Assembly: GCA_051942245.1 (NCBI GenBank)
Contig: JAVECL010000201.1
Coordinates: 1 to 36,453, forward strand
Origin: Trypethelium eluteriae
Lineage: Eukaryota
Reading direction: 5' to 3'
Length of the DNA stretch: 36,453 nucleotides
In this document: piece after piece, positions 1 to 11,451 of the stretch
Layout of the letters: each line of letters opens with the position of its first letter
Numbering within the stretch: the first letter of the stretch is position 1
Notes under the pieces: generated by a model
The model's database searches: none
What the model saw: only the letters and a program-made list of their open reading frames with translations
What the model was told of the DNA's origin: nothing
Position numbers and translations under genes: made by a program

Positions 1-3000
1 GGTTCGATCGCGCTCGACATCGCCCTCGGCATCGGCGGCCCCGGTCCAGGCTTCTGTGCCCCCACCAACGCCAGCCCACCTCCGCTGCCAGAGAAGCTGC
101 CGACGCCAGTGCCGTCATCAGGGACGATAGAGGAGTTCGCAGAAGCGACGGAAGGAATGGAGGGGTTGGACGTCGATTGCGACATCGCGGAAGTGAGCTG
201 GTCCTCAGATGAGGAGGGCGTCATGGCTGGGATCTGATGGGTATCGTGGGGGAAGTGCGAAGCAGACGAGGTGGGGCTGGCTTCGAGAGAGGGGATGCGT
301 TGGCTTGTCTGGAGACGGAGGGCTTCCTCTTCTTGGTGACGGCGTCGACGGTAGAAGATCTCGTCGTCGGGACTTGGCGTCCAGCCCTCGTAGCTGCTGG
401 AGGTCGGAGCTCGGTGCTGCTGGTAGGACGATGCTGGCCGCTGTTGGAGTTGAGTGGCTTCGTGTTGGCGACGACGGAGGAGTTCATCCTGGGCGCGATG
501 GAATCGGGCGTCGGTGGAGGCGTTCGGATCGATGGGGATGGATCCGGATCTAGCGAGTTGCAGATTCAGATCTTGGCTTGGACGACGGCCGGAGGGGAAA
601 GATGTGGGTCGATCTTGGGGGTAGCCACCACCATAGCTGCTCGCTTTGCTGTGATATGCGCCCGGACTGTTCTCAGAGTTCACAAGAGACTGCGCCCTAG
701 AAGCGCTTGGGCTTGTAGATAGACTGCTGCCAGACATCTCCTTTAGTAGGTCTGGAGGGTCAAGTCGACCAGCGGCAAGATCATTGCTCAGAGCTACACT
801 TGGTGGGCCGTGAGGATCGTCGTGCTCATCTAACCCTCGCTCAGCAGACGCGTCGCGAGAACTCCCACTGCCGCTACCAGGACTTCGACTTCGGACAGGT
901 CTAAGGATCCGTCGGCTAGCTCCGCCAAACAGTCCGCTTAAGCCTGTACTTCCTGAGGTTTCTAAAGAACGCGGGGTTCCGGGTAAGCCGGCAGAAGGCG
1001 GAGGCGGTGTTTTAGAGGTTGTTCTTGATACGATCATCTTCGCAACATCGGCCGGTCGAACAGTTCTCACGGAAGAAGTCTGTGTAAGTGGTGATTGAGT
1101 ACGACCCTCCTGCTCCGTCCTGGATATATCAGTATGCAAGGGGTTGCTGTCCTTTTTTGTGATCGTACCAGCAGGAGATGCAGATCGATCAGGCGAAGAA
1201 GAAAATGGTGGTCGACCGCTCTCTGTGAGATCTGGACTAGCCGTCAGGCTTTGCGACAAAGGATGTTCACTTTCTCTTGGGATGCGGAAACTGCTGGATG
1301 ACAATTCGTCGCCTCTCAAACTGGGTCGACGACCTTCTTGACTGAGCGTACTGCTTGATGACGTGGCCGAGGAGATTCCCGCTTCAGCGTGGGTGGCATT
1401 GCTCTTTGTCCTTTTTCTGTTGCTGCTTGTTGTGCCGCTCTTCCCGCCGCCGATTCCAAGTGCACCTCCAAGCTTGCGGATTCCCGAACGCATGCGTTCG
1501 ATGATGTTTAGTGGGACGACGGCATCGTTCATTTCCTCCTTCGTAATCTCAATCTTCTTTCCTTCGCTCTGTCTTGATGGATCTGTCTCGTCTAACCAGG
1601 CAATTGGATCAGCAATATCGCGCAACACCCAAGGATGATGCTTCACTTCGGTCAAAGTTATGCGCCGGCTGGGATCCTTGATGAAGAGACGCCTGAGCAG
1701 GTCGTACAGGTCTTCGTCAAGGTCCTCATAAGCCCTTTCATATTCTTGCCTTCTTTTGGTATTCAGGAACGGGGTGAACCCCACCTGTGAGGACGGCCTC
1801 GATGAGGCTTCCGGCTCAATAGGTTTCAGGCGTTTTGTCGGAATATACACATCCTTTTCCGCGATGTTCTTCATGATAACGAACTCATTATCAACAAAGG
1901 GTGTCCTGGCAAAGATCAAGCAGAAAAGAGTAACGCCCAAAGCCCACACATCGATCTGCGCTGTGACCGGAGGACTTTCGACGTCGGGGTCTGTGTGGCA
2001 AAGCTCGGGAGCGTAAAAAGCAGCAGTGCCAACAGTCTTTGCCAACTCTCTTGCCTCATCAAACTTCACATCTTGCACATCCGTCTCAGAATCATCCGTA
2101 CCGTCATCATGGATTGGTCGACCAAGATAAGAAACGCCAAAATCGGATATCTTAATGTGATGGTCGACCGTCTGTAGAAGATTGGGCGGCTTGATATCTC
2201 GATGAATTATGCCTTGATAGTGAAGATATTCAATTCCGAGAACGGTATCTCGAAAGGCGACTCGCGCAGCTGCAAAGCTCAAACAAGGGACATAAATGAG
2301 ATCATCATGCAACTCAGCATCGAGGAGTTCCTCCGGAGAGCTCTTTGTACGCGCAGCACCCTCGAAGCCAGGATGGAAACCTGCAACACTGCCTGGCCTT
2401 CGACCAGGGAAAGGTTGCCATCGCGATGGACTCTCTGTTTCATAGGCCCCGTACATCGTTCCTTCGAGACCCGTTGGCATGCCGACATTGACACGGTTTT
2501 CGGCCAATTCTTTCTCAGCTGTTGTGGAATCAGAACTGTCAGGGACTATTCCTGCTCGATTTTCTGCATCCATCGAACCTTGAGTGACAGTCTTTAGAAT
2601 GTCCGAGACACTAGTCTCACGACTAGCTTTTCTGGCCCTACCGGCCGCCGTGTCACTTGGTGCAGAGGACTCTTGGGAAGCCATATCCCACTCATCTTCA
2701 TCATATTCACCACCGTACTCAAAGCTCCAAGAATCGTAACTATAATCCTGTAGTCTCTGGCGACGCGTGTTTCTCTGCTGGCGTCGGCCAAGCTTGAGTC
2801 TCCGTCTTTCAGACACATCCCAAATTGCCTCATCTTCATCTTCCGCTTCCTTGTCATGAAATATGCCTTCGGACTGTCTTAGATAACGTCTAGCCTCGAG
2901 TAATGCCAATGCTTTGGGACACCGAGTCCTCCACGTTATCTCACCGCGCTGAACCCACTCAAGCACGATATAGACTTTCTTCCGAGCCGGATCATCGATA

Positions 3001-4166
3001 ACTTCCAGTAATGCAACAATATTCGGGTGTCGAGCCTTTTTCAGAATCGCAACCTCTTTCTTGACCTTGTCTTCTGTATTTCCGAGCTTCCCCAAACGAC
3101 GCTTCTTAGCATATCTCTCTACAATCTTGATCGCCACGAATGTACTTGTTGTCAAGCTACGTCCCAATTTCACCTTGCCGTGAGCGCCTCTGCCTAGCTC
3201 GTCTAGGATTTCGTATTCGTTGATTATCTTCCGTCCAGACACTGGGTCAACATCAACGTCCGCTACATGCGTCTCCTTTGGCGCTTGCATGTGAGTGAAA
3301 TGAAGATATGGTGTAGAGTAGTATCCGTCCTCTTCGAAATGGCTAGCATGCGCTCGCACGGGAGATGCCGTCGGAGTGAACAAGCCAGGACTGCCCGCTG
3401 GCGAATTCCCCACAGTCTTCGATCCTGATTCGGTGATTAAGCGAGCTCGAGGATCATTGAATGGAGAGACGGCAGTAGAAGAGGATGCGTAGTCGGAAGG
3501 ATGTGCGCTCCGTGCTCGGAAAGGGGGCGGAGGTGGTGGAGGATATGGCGAAGGATGTAGCTGGGACTGAAGCGCGGCGTATGCTTGATTCGGAAATTGT
3601 GGATATTCTTGCGGAGGTTTCCTTGTATTACTAGCGGGTTGAGAGACTGGATCGAAGGAGGCAGCAGTTACTGTTGCAGTGCTGGCAGTAGAGGTGCTCG
3701 AGAGGTCTCGCTGAACTGTGGGACGCCCGTGGTGATCGAAGGAAGTCGACGAGGGACGGGTGATTCTATGGGCACCAGAAGCTACGCTTTCAGCTAAGAG
3801 TGATGGTGGGGGAACGCTCTGTGACTGCGCAGGCTGCAATGGAATGCTGCCTGTCGACTTATTTGCACTTGCGTGATATGGTAACGGTCGGGGCGCGAAG
3901 TAGCCTGGTTCCTCTACAGCATGATACATTGGTGGAAGACTCTGGTTGTCAGCAATAGAAGGAACCTCGGAGCGAGGTGTGCTTTCCGAGTCCCCGGATG
4001 CGTAGTCTTCTTCATGATCTTGGTGGGAAGTGCCGCCTCCAGCGCCAGGTTCTCGAATGGGAGCATTGTGGTGTTGCTCCCATTGGGAGGCTGGTGCCTG
4101 GATAGTTTCTGGAGAAGAGATGATATCGCTGGTTTGGTCCACAGGTACGCTAGGACTCTGTTCCAT
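1..4166 (-). CDS. SAK1: Ser/Thr protein kinase, CAMKK/Snf1-activating kinase family (Sak1/Ssp1-like); 3' end lies beyond the window
   Basis: Manual minus-strand translation from ATG 4166 (upstream in-frame TGA at 4206-4208). It reads KETHVADVDVDPVSGRKIINEYEILDELGRGAHGKVKLG, VAIKIV, KKEVAILKKARHPNIVALLEVIDDP..KKVYIVLEW, HRDIKPPNLL, KISDFGVS, ELAKTVGTAAFYAPELC and DVWALGVTLFC. The same frame holds at every point checked down to position 3, so the gene appears intronless and lacks a stop inside the window. Confidence 0.92.
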   Translation of the reverse strand, partial: MEQSPSVPVDQTSDIISSPETIQAPASQWEQHHNAPIREPGAGGGTSHQDHEEDYASGDSESTPRSEVPSIADNQSLPPMYHAVEEPGYFAPRPLPYHASANKSTGSIPLQPAQSQSVPPPSLLAESVASGAHRITRPSSTSFDHHGRPTVQRDLSSTSTASTATVTAASFDPVSQPASNTRKPPQEYPQFPNQAYAALQSQLHPSPYPPPPPPPFRARSAHPSDYASSSTAVSPFNDPRARLITESGSKTVGNSPAGSPGLFTPTASPVRAHASHFEEDGYYSTPYLHFTHMQAPKETHVADVDVDPVSGRKIINEYEILDELGRGAHGKVKLGRSLTTSTFVAIKIVERYAKKRRLGKLGNTEDKVKKEVAILKKARHPNIVALLEVIDDPARKKVYIVLEWVQRGEITWRTRCPKALALLEARRYLRQSEGIFHDKEAEDEDEAIWDVSERRRLKLGRRQQRNTRRQRLQDYSYDSWSFEYGGEYDEDEWDMASQESSAPSDTAAGRARKASRETSVSDILKTVTQGSMDAENRAGIVPDSSDSTTAEKELAENRVNVGMPTGLEGTMYGAYETESPSRWQPFPGRRPGSVAGFHPGFEGAARTKSSPEELLDAELHDDLIYVPCLSFAAARVAFRDTVLGIEYLHYQGIIHRDIKPPNLLQTVDHHIKISDFGVSYLGRPIHDDGTDDSETDVQDVKFDEARELAKTVGTAAFYAPELCHTDPDVESPPVTAQIDVWALGVTLFCLIFARTPFVDNEFVIMKNIAEKDVYIPTKRLKPIEPEASSRPSSQVGFTPFLNTKRRQEYERAYEDLDEDLYDLLRRLFIKDPSRRITLTEVKHHPWVLRDIADPIAWLDETDPSRQSEGKKIEITKEEMNDAVVPLNIIERMRSGIRKLGGALGIGGGKSGTTSSNRKRTKSNATHAEAGISSATSSSSTLSQEGRRPSLRGDELSSSSFRIPRESEHPLSQSLTASPDLTESGRPPFSSSPDRSASPAGTITKKDSNPLHTDISRTEQEGRTQSPLTQTSSVRTVRPADVAKMIVSRTTSKTPPPPSAGLPGTPRSLETSGSTGLSGLFGGASRRILRPVRSRSPGSGSGSSRDASAERGLDEHDDPHGPPSVALSNDLAAGRLDPPDLLKEMSGSSLSTSPSASRAQSLVNSENSPGAYHSKASSYGGGYPQDRPTSFPSGRRPSQDLNLQLARSGSIPIDPNASTDARFHRAQDELLRRRQHEATQLQQRPASSYQQHRAPTSSSYEGWTPSPDDEIFYRRRRHQEEEALRLQTSQRIPSLEASPTSSASHFPHDTHQIPAMTPSSSEDQLTSAMSQSTSNPSIPSVASANSSIVPDDGTGVGSFSGSGGGLALVGAQKPGPGPPMPRAMSSAIE

Positions 4167-5109
4167 AGCTTTCCCAACGCCCCAAGACAGGCGCACCACT
4201 CCCGCTCAGATGAAGCTGCGACGACTGATAGAGGGCATATCACCTGCCGCGCAGGCTGGTAGACCGTTATGTAGTCGGTGCAGTTGGTGGGCGTATCATC
4301 CTGCCGTGAGGGGCTCCGTTGTGGCGAGAGCTCGGCGAGAGCTGGGCGAGGCCGGAAAAGAGAGGAAGATCCTATTTGGCGGCGAATGCTCAATGATGAA
4401 ACGGCTGCGCTTACAGTCAGGGACGGGCAGATTGGATGCAGCGACGGGGATGGGAGGCGAGGCAGGCCAAAAGTCAAGTCAAGAGGATGGGGAAGAAGTC
4501 AGTGAGGTGGTGAGCAGCGGCGGGGATGTATGGAGGAGTGCATGAGTGGACTCGGTCGTGGGCTCATTGGAGCACAGCAGCATCCGCTCAGCGCGGGCCT
4601 CTCTCAACACTCAACAGGCCTCATCCTGCATCCTGCCCATCAAAATCCCATCCAATTCCCATCTCTCCTACCCACCAGACCCTGCCCAAGACACCAGCAC
4701 GCTGCCCCGGGTCCCGACTGCCCTTCCCATTCGTCTGATTCCCCCTCGAGTGCCCGCCCTCGTGAACGGTGCGCGCCCACCACCAGCACTCGACCGTGAC
4801 CAGCGTCTGCCCACCACCAATTCAGCATCCGCAGGTACCGGGTACCATTGTCGACTCGGCCCAAACAGGCTTGGAACCCAGAAGGCCCCGCTCTATTTTC
4901 TGCAGCTAGCCTTCCGTCTCGCCTTTGGAGCATAGCGGATGGAGTGATCTCCGCACTATCCCAGCGGCCTGCAAGAACAGACCACTGCCCGACCTGCACT
5001 GCACCTTGGCACCTTGAGAAGGAAAACAATCCGTTTGGCTATGCTGTGCGGTACGGCCTGCTCGCTAAAACCTCATCTGCAGCTTCACAAGGAGTCCTAT
5101 CTGGGTAAG

Positions 5110-5125
5110 AAAAAAAAAAAAAAAA
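5110..5125 (+). repeat. poly(A)16 tract in the intergenic region upstream of the kinase
   Basis: Run of 16 consecutive A; no flanking TSD or retroelement body recognised. Confidence 0.9.
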
Positions 5126-8100
5126 CGCATTGTATCTTGTCGTCCTGCATCTTCTAACGTGCCGCGCTTTGATTTGCGATCGACGACTAGGTAAGCCACC
5201 TGGATCCATGATGAGTCGAAGATCCATTTGAGGCACATACGCCATCATCAACCGATGACATGGAGCCGCGCTGAGCGCCCCATGTGAACTTTGTTAGAAG
5301 TTGGACTCCTCACGTTTCTGTCGAAATTTGATTCGCGCACACTACCCCGGACTGGCGCATCTAATGCGGCTTCCCTAGTGTCTGGTATGCACGCGTTCAA
5401 CTAGTGCGCGAAGTCCCTACATCCTGCCCACCCTACCCCTTTCTCGGTCTTAAGACGACCGCCCCGAAGACCGAATACGATTGGATACGGAAGAGCACAC
5501 TGACGTCTAACTAATTGCCCTACCCTTTGAGTGACCCAAATGGAAAAATCCCGCAAAGTGTATTACTCCACTGCAGACCAGGACCGTGGAAACATGTGGC
5601 ATGTCGGAACACTTTACCTGCAGGAGCATTTGCAAACTTACCAATCAACGTGCAGACAGCGATTATCGTAAAGTGCACCATGTCTTTCACATTGTGGTGC
5701 TGCCGCATACAACGCTCGTGTCCCACCTCTGAACACGGAAGCCGTGCGACGTATATCCCTGCTCAGCCCGCCATCGGTACGCCTGCTGCAGACTCTGAGC
5801 TGTGAGATCTGGGTTGAAACAGTTCCAGCGTACTGGTTCCAGACGGGTTCCTTATACCGAAATGTTTCAACTAAAGATAGCCTGTATTGTGGGTCTCGGC
5901 ACTGCCGAGGGATATTGGTTTTCCGCAACATTCCCATTGCAGCCAAATCATCGGTATAAGATATCAATTAAGATCTCATTTGTAGTGGAGGAAATCCACC
6001 AGTACTTCTTTGTTGACCCACTGAGCCTCAAATTTTTCGACGGCTTGACCGACAAGCTCCCGTCTGGCAGTAGTCCACCGTGCTCAGAGCGTCACCATTG
6101 AGTTGGCTGACAGATTGCTATTGGATTTTGGACCCATCTTGTTGCTGCACTACTTGTTGAGGGCCACATTTACTGCAACACTAGCATGCGGCCTCCGCAG
6201 CGGCGAAATGGATCCTCTGCTTGCCTCAAACCGCCTATCTTTAATGTGGCTTGTTCCCATCTTTAAGTCTCAATCAGCGAGATACCGAGTGACATGGCGG
6301 CCACTGCCGGCGCTCCTCGGCGAATGCCTGAATATATAGCTTCTCTGTCGGCGAGGGTATACCCAGTCCAACTTATGCATTACCATGGGATATAGTGCGA
6401 TCCTGGTCCATCCGATTGGTACTACTCCGTCCTATTCTCACTTTCTCACCAGACGTTAATTACGCTATGGATGCATTGCTGCTTACTGCGCACATCTGTG
6501 ACCCTGATTCTTCCTTTCCTCATTCACACTCCTATTCCTTCTAGGCGACCTCCGACTATCTCGCCACTTTGCGATTTTTGTGCTCCACCGATAGAGTAAG
6601 TCTCCACTTTGCGCCCCACAATGGCGCACGCACGGCGAGACTTTCGATGCAATTCGAAGTTCTCTTTTCCGCAACGCGCAATAGGGCCTGTAAAGATTGC
6701 TGGGAAGTCACCCGGCTAATACGATGATCAATACAGGAATGTTCCGCCTTTCCTGGGCAGCCTAAGTTCTTCCCTCTAGTGTGTTAGATCCCGAAGATCA
6801 AGGATGCAAGCAAAGCCTCCTAATCCCTCGAGATGGTCGCAAATAGCCGGGAGTAAAATGCTCTCTCACGAGCGTTATCTAGGTCAGATATGATCATCGA
6901 TGCAGCCAGGAGATGCTGGCTCCGGCGCGAAGGTATTCACAGCTGGTTCCATATTTACCCGATGGTGAGTGGGCCCGGTAGAATTTGAGAAAAGGCCAAC
7001 ACGATACAGCGGTCTGACACGTTTTACCATTCAGCCAGGACAACTAGGGTTTAGACACTTCAAGGAAAAAGCCTTCGCGGTTGAGCACTGTCTACTGCTC
7101 AGGCTCACGCATGTGCGATAGGCAATGGCGAACCGTGCTCTTCTCTTTACGGTAGGTTGTTCGTCATCGCCTAACCTTTACGTCCGCAAACAGAAACTCG
7201 ATTGATATTGTCGGTGCTGTGCAGTTTCTATCTGCTCTTAGCGCTACCTGTGGAATTGATGAACTCATCACCTCACCAACTTTCTCTGCCAATATGAGGC
7301 CGGCTTCGCGATGGTGACGTTGTGCAGCTTTGATTGAATGACTCAGCACTGTTCGTGTAGCCCGACTCCCGGTCCATCAACTCACACCGTTGAGATTCCC
7401 ACGATTCCCAATGTGAGTGTGTGTACCCCAAAATCATCTCGTTGAAGTCATTCCACTGCAGAATCTGTCATGGCCATGATTCCCTTTCACTTCTTGATCA
7501 TGTGTAGCAGCCATTAGCTCGTTCAATTGTACACCATCAGAGGGCAAAGGCATGCTTGGTCTCCTACTATGATCACATCCCAAGCACCCCTCGAAAGCGA
7601 TCTCCAATTCATCTTTGACTTCTTGTCGAATCGCTCACAGTGGCCTCTGCGCATAAGTACATAGTCGTGGCCATAGTGCTCCACTTCGGCCAGATGGTAT
7701 TTTTGAGCATGAGCCATCAGCCAGATTGACCTCTCTAGTCTGTGTGCCGCCCATCCGACCTCAACCGTCTGCCGCCGAAAATCTTAAATTCTAGCCAGGT
7801 TGTACTTGGGTCGATGAACTTTCTATTGAGGAAGACAGGTCCTCAGGGTAACAGAAACATCCAGAGGAAGGTTATTTCCGAAGTTCCTTACGTATAAACT
7901 TTGCGCCAACGGATGTTGAGGTAAATCAAAAGCAACAGTTTCTATGACCAGCCAGTCTGATTGGAGTGTAGGTAGGACAATCAAAGATACAATCCGTTCC
8001 ACATTGGTTCGGGACCAAGACCCACAAAAGCAATGTCCATTAGTGATTTGGCCCTCCAAGCGTTCATCTCATTGCTTTGCAATCTACGGTCCTCTCATCC

Positions 8101-9043
8101 ATAATCTCGATTACATCTCCTCGCCGTTCAGATCGTCCTCAGAATCATTCATCCGACTCTCATCATCTCAAATCTCCAACTTTACTCCAAATGCGTGTGT
8201 CGACACTTCCGCTGTCCAGAGGCCCACTTTCCCTCTTGAACTTCCCAAATGTCGAAACTTGTAAACCTTCACAATGCATTGCTGAAATGGAGTCAGCTCT
8301 CAGAATAGAGATAACGAAACCCTCCCGACCAAATATCTCGAAGCTCTCTATCGCAGAATAACATACGAAGCATTCAACTTCGTCTTCTACCGACAGGTCA
8401 CATATACCAAGCCGTTTCAAATCTTTCGTATGCGGCTCTTGCGGAAACAAGATTTCGCCACACAGCAATCTCAGGGGAAATTGCTATAGCAACCATGCTA
8501 AATGGTAGAGTATTGTAAGCATGCGGCATAGGATGTGAGTCTCGATAAACTGTGACCAGAGTACATATCCGAGAGCCTATGGACATGGCAATTGTGCTGC
8601 CAGGAAAGTACAATGGCGTATTTGCTCCAAGAAACAGCAAGGTAAAATGGTACTGCCAAAAGGAAATGCGGTAGGGTTTGCGTATGATGAAAAGAAAATG
8701 GGACGGCTGGAGGGAGTCAAACCCTTTCGAAGACAGCAACCTGTCGGAAAGAAACTTCGAGGATTTATGAGAGATAAGGATTGTCATCGAAGGGTTGAGC
8801 GATGGCTGCAATCCTGAGAATGAGTGAGTGCAATTTCATTGGACATTCTTAATCGTAGGCCACGTTTTGAGCTGCAGAATCATTTCGAAGAGATCAGAAA
8901 GAAATGGTATATAACAAGAGCTAAAGAGACCGCACGCTTAATTTTCAAACTTGTAACATCATTCACCACTCGGAGTACCATGCCAACCCGAAGAAAACTC
9001 CCTCAACGCTAAAAAATGACTTCGACGTTCGTACTGTCTCTCC

Positions 9044-10767
9044 CTATATCTGAGGGACAAAATTAAAAGCATCCACAACCTCCATCCCATCCACCATCGT
9101 CACAATATCCACACTCAGCTGCCTCATCAGTCCCGTCGGGAGCGTCGCGTTCCCACCCACTAGACTGTATCCAGCTTTGGTCCCTACCACCTCGAGGGTT
9201 ACATTCTGATGCATCATCTTCGGCGCCAGCGTCCCCTCCTGAACTGTCGGAAACGCGATTACCGCTACTGGACTCGAGACTGAGGGCGCAAGGGCGGCGA
9301 TGATATTGACGAAGGAGGAATTAACGGTGGAGGTGGGGACGATGGAACTTAAAGAAGGGGTAAAGAAGAGGCGGGGTTCGAGGGCATAAGTTTGCGAGGT
9401 ACTGGCTTCGGAGATGACGGTGAGTGAGGCTGGGAGTGAGTCGTTTGAGGAGGTAGAAGGAAAGGCGAGAGTAAACGGGTAGAATGACGTGATGCCGAAG
9501 ATACTCGAGCCTTGGGCGGAGAGGGCGGTGGTTGTTTGAGTAGCGGAGCCCGCGGATATCGTTAGGGAGGTGGGGGCCGTCGCAGTCGTAAGGTACTGGG
9601 AAGATTGTGAGTTCTCTCGTATTTCCGTATGAGTTAAGAAGTGGGTATGAGGTTAGTAACATACTCTTATCACTCCTGTCAAGATCGCTGTCCCCGTGTC
9701 GTCAATATCGAACGTGACGTTTACAGGCTTAATATTCATTGGTTCAACCACATCAGTCAACCGCACATTAGCGGGCACGGTGTTCAGCATTCTCCCTAAC
9801 AAGTCCACGCAGGTCCCAAAGAAACCTTCCGTGCCTCCTTTCGCCAAACTCTGCATTGTTGTATTATTGTCACTCTCATACAATCTCAAATCACTCCTCG
9901 AACTCTCATTAAAGCTCGTCACCAACGGCCCTCCTCTTTGTCCCGTCCCACTCACATATTCCTCCACCACATCAATATCAAATCCCGCATTCGTACTATC
10001 CAAATGGCCTGCTCCTTGGGTATTGTTCGGACTCACGGTGCTATTGTCCATGACAGTCGGGAATCCGCCGTGGTGGACGGAACCAAGGGTGTGACCGCAT
10101 GCCGTCAATTTGATGCTGTCAACTTTATTGAAGCCCGCGTTTGCGAAGAAGGAGAGCGTAGTCGCAAGATCCGTATCTGGGGCGGGGACGCCTGACGCGC
10201 CAGGGCCAGTGGCATCGATGCGCCCACCGCGATAAGGGATTTGGGGGCCACCGCAGTTGCCGACGGAAGTGACAGTGCCAAGAGCGAGGACATCGGCCAC
10301 TGGAGGCGAATGCATCTGATCAGCTTCGTCCTTATCGGGGGTAGCGCCGGGTGTTGAAAGGGTGTTCGAGAGGCAGGGGACTTACTGGACACTTGGGCAT
10401 TCACGTAGCTCGCCCAGAAGGAAAAGCTGTCGTTGAATGCGGTCCCGCTATTCTCTTCTCTGGCTGTTTCAAATCCTATGCTGGCGTCGATGCCGCCAGT
10501 GCCTTCGCCTACGTGAGCGGTGACGAAGTCATGGAAGGCAACTCGGAGCCACTGCGCTGCAGTCTCGCGACCCAGGGTTTGAGGCCCCTGGACATAGTTG
10601 GAGCAGGGTGTGATGGCATCTTTGAAGCCAGAGCGGTAGGCGCCATCAGTGTCAACAAGAATGTGTTCCAGTTGCGAAACTTGGGCATTGGGGTAATGTA
10701 GAGCTGCTAAAGTGAGGGATAAGGGGAGGGCAAGGAGCAGAGAGAAACGCCAAGTAATGATTATCAT
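9044..10767 (-). CDS. Secreted heme peroxidase, peroxidase-catalase superfamily, hybrid type B-like; 3 exons (10767-10386, 10299-9665, 9595-9044)
   Basis: Signal peptide MIIITWRFSLLLALPLSLTLA; distal motif WLRVAFHD; GGIDASI; GGPQIPYRGGRIDA; proximal ACGHTLG; SDLRLY. Introns 10385-10300 (GTAAG..CAG) and 9664-9596 (GTATG..CAG) join the frames. The last exon is Ser/Thr-rich and ends VPQI-TAG. Confidence 0.88.
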
Positions 10768-11451
10768 GGTAACGGTTGAAGAAGAGATTGAAAAAGATAC
10801 TGATTGCTGAGGATATCTTTCGGAAAGCTGGAGTATATACAGTTCTCGTCGAGAAACCATATGCCGTGCATTTGGCCGCCACGCGAAAACATGCAGGTGA
10901 GAGCCATCGTTGTTTTACGAAGGATATCAGCACGCATATTAGCGAGCTAAGGGCGTCGATCTAGGCTCTTGAGACCGACCAAAGCAATTAGGTATCTCCA
11001 TTTCAGGCAGTCGCACCGCATCTGCCCATGTGTCTAGCGGGGTCAACAGGTGGAGATGGTACTGATGGATAGCCGTTGATGCAGGGACTTGTGGCGTCGA
11101 CGATCCGGCTGCTGCAGGTGGGATGACTGTGCAGCATATCGTAACACTGTGGCTGGAACCCTTTGGTATCGCTCCCAGTGTAGAAGAGAAACCACAGACT
11201 CCTCATCTTGTTCACTTCATATGTGTCGGGAGGCTGGTCATGCGCGGTGGCAAGGCTGACGGAACTCCGAGACAGGGGACACCCGGGCGTAAGGACGAGG
11301 CCGGAGCCGGGGATGTTGGCCTTTTTTAAGTCACGACGCCCCGAGTTCATCGACGCTTCTCCCACTTGCCATCGATTCTTGGTAAAATCGACCATCCGGT
11401 GGCAATATCGATCAGTAATGATTAATGCTGGTCACCAGGGTGACATTTCTT

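Noticed and set aside
209..4545. Many short ORF-track ORFs on both strands
   Set aside because: They are antisense or off-frame shadows of the long minus-strand kinase CDS and its 5' region.
5110..5125. Poly(A) tract as a retroelement tail
   Set aside because: No target-site duplication, RT or SINE-like body seen; more likely a promoter poly(dA:dT) tract.
4526..5251. Cluster of 70-130 aa ORFs upstream of the kinase
   Set aside because: GC-rich promoter-type sequence with no recognisable motifs, and the overlapping frames are mutually incompatible.
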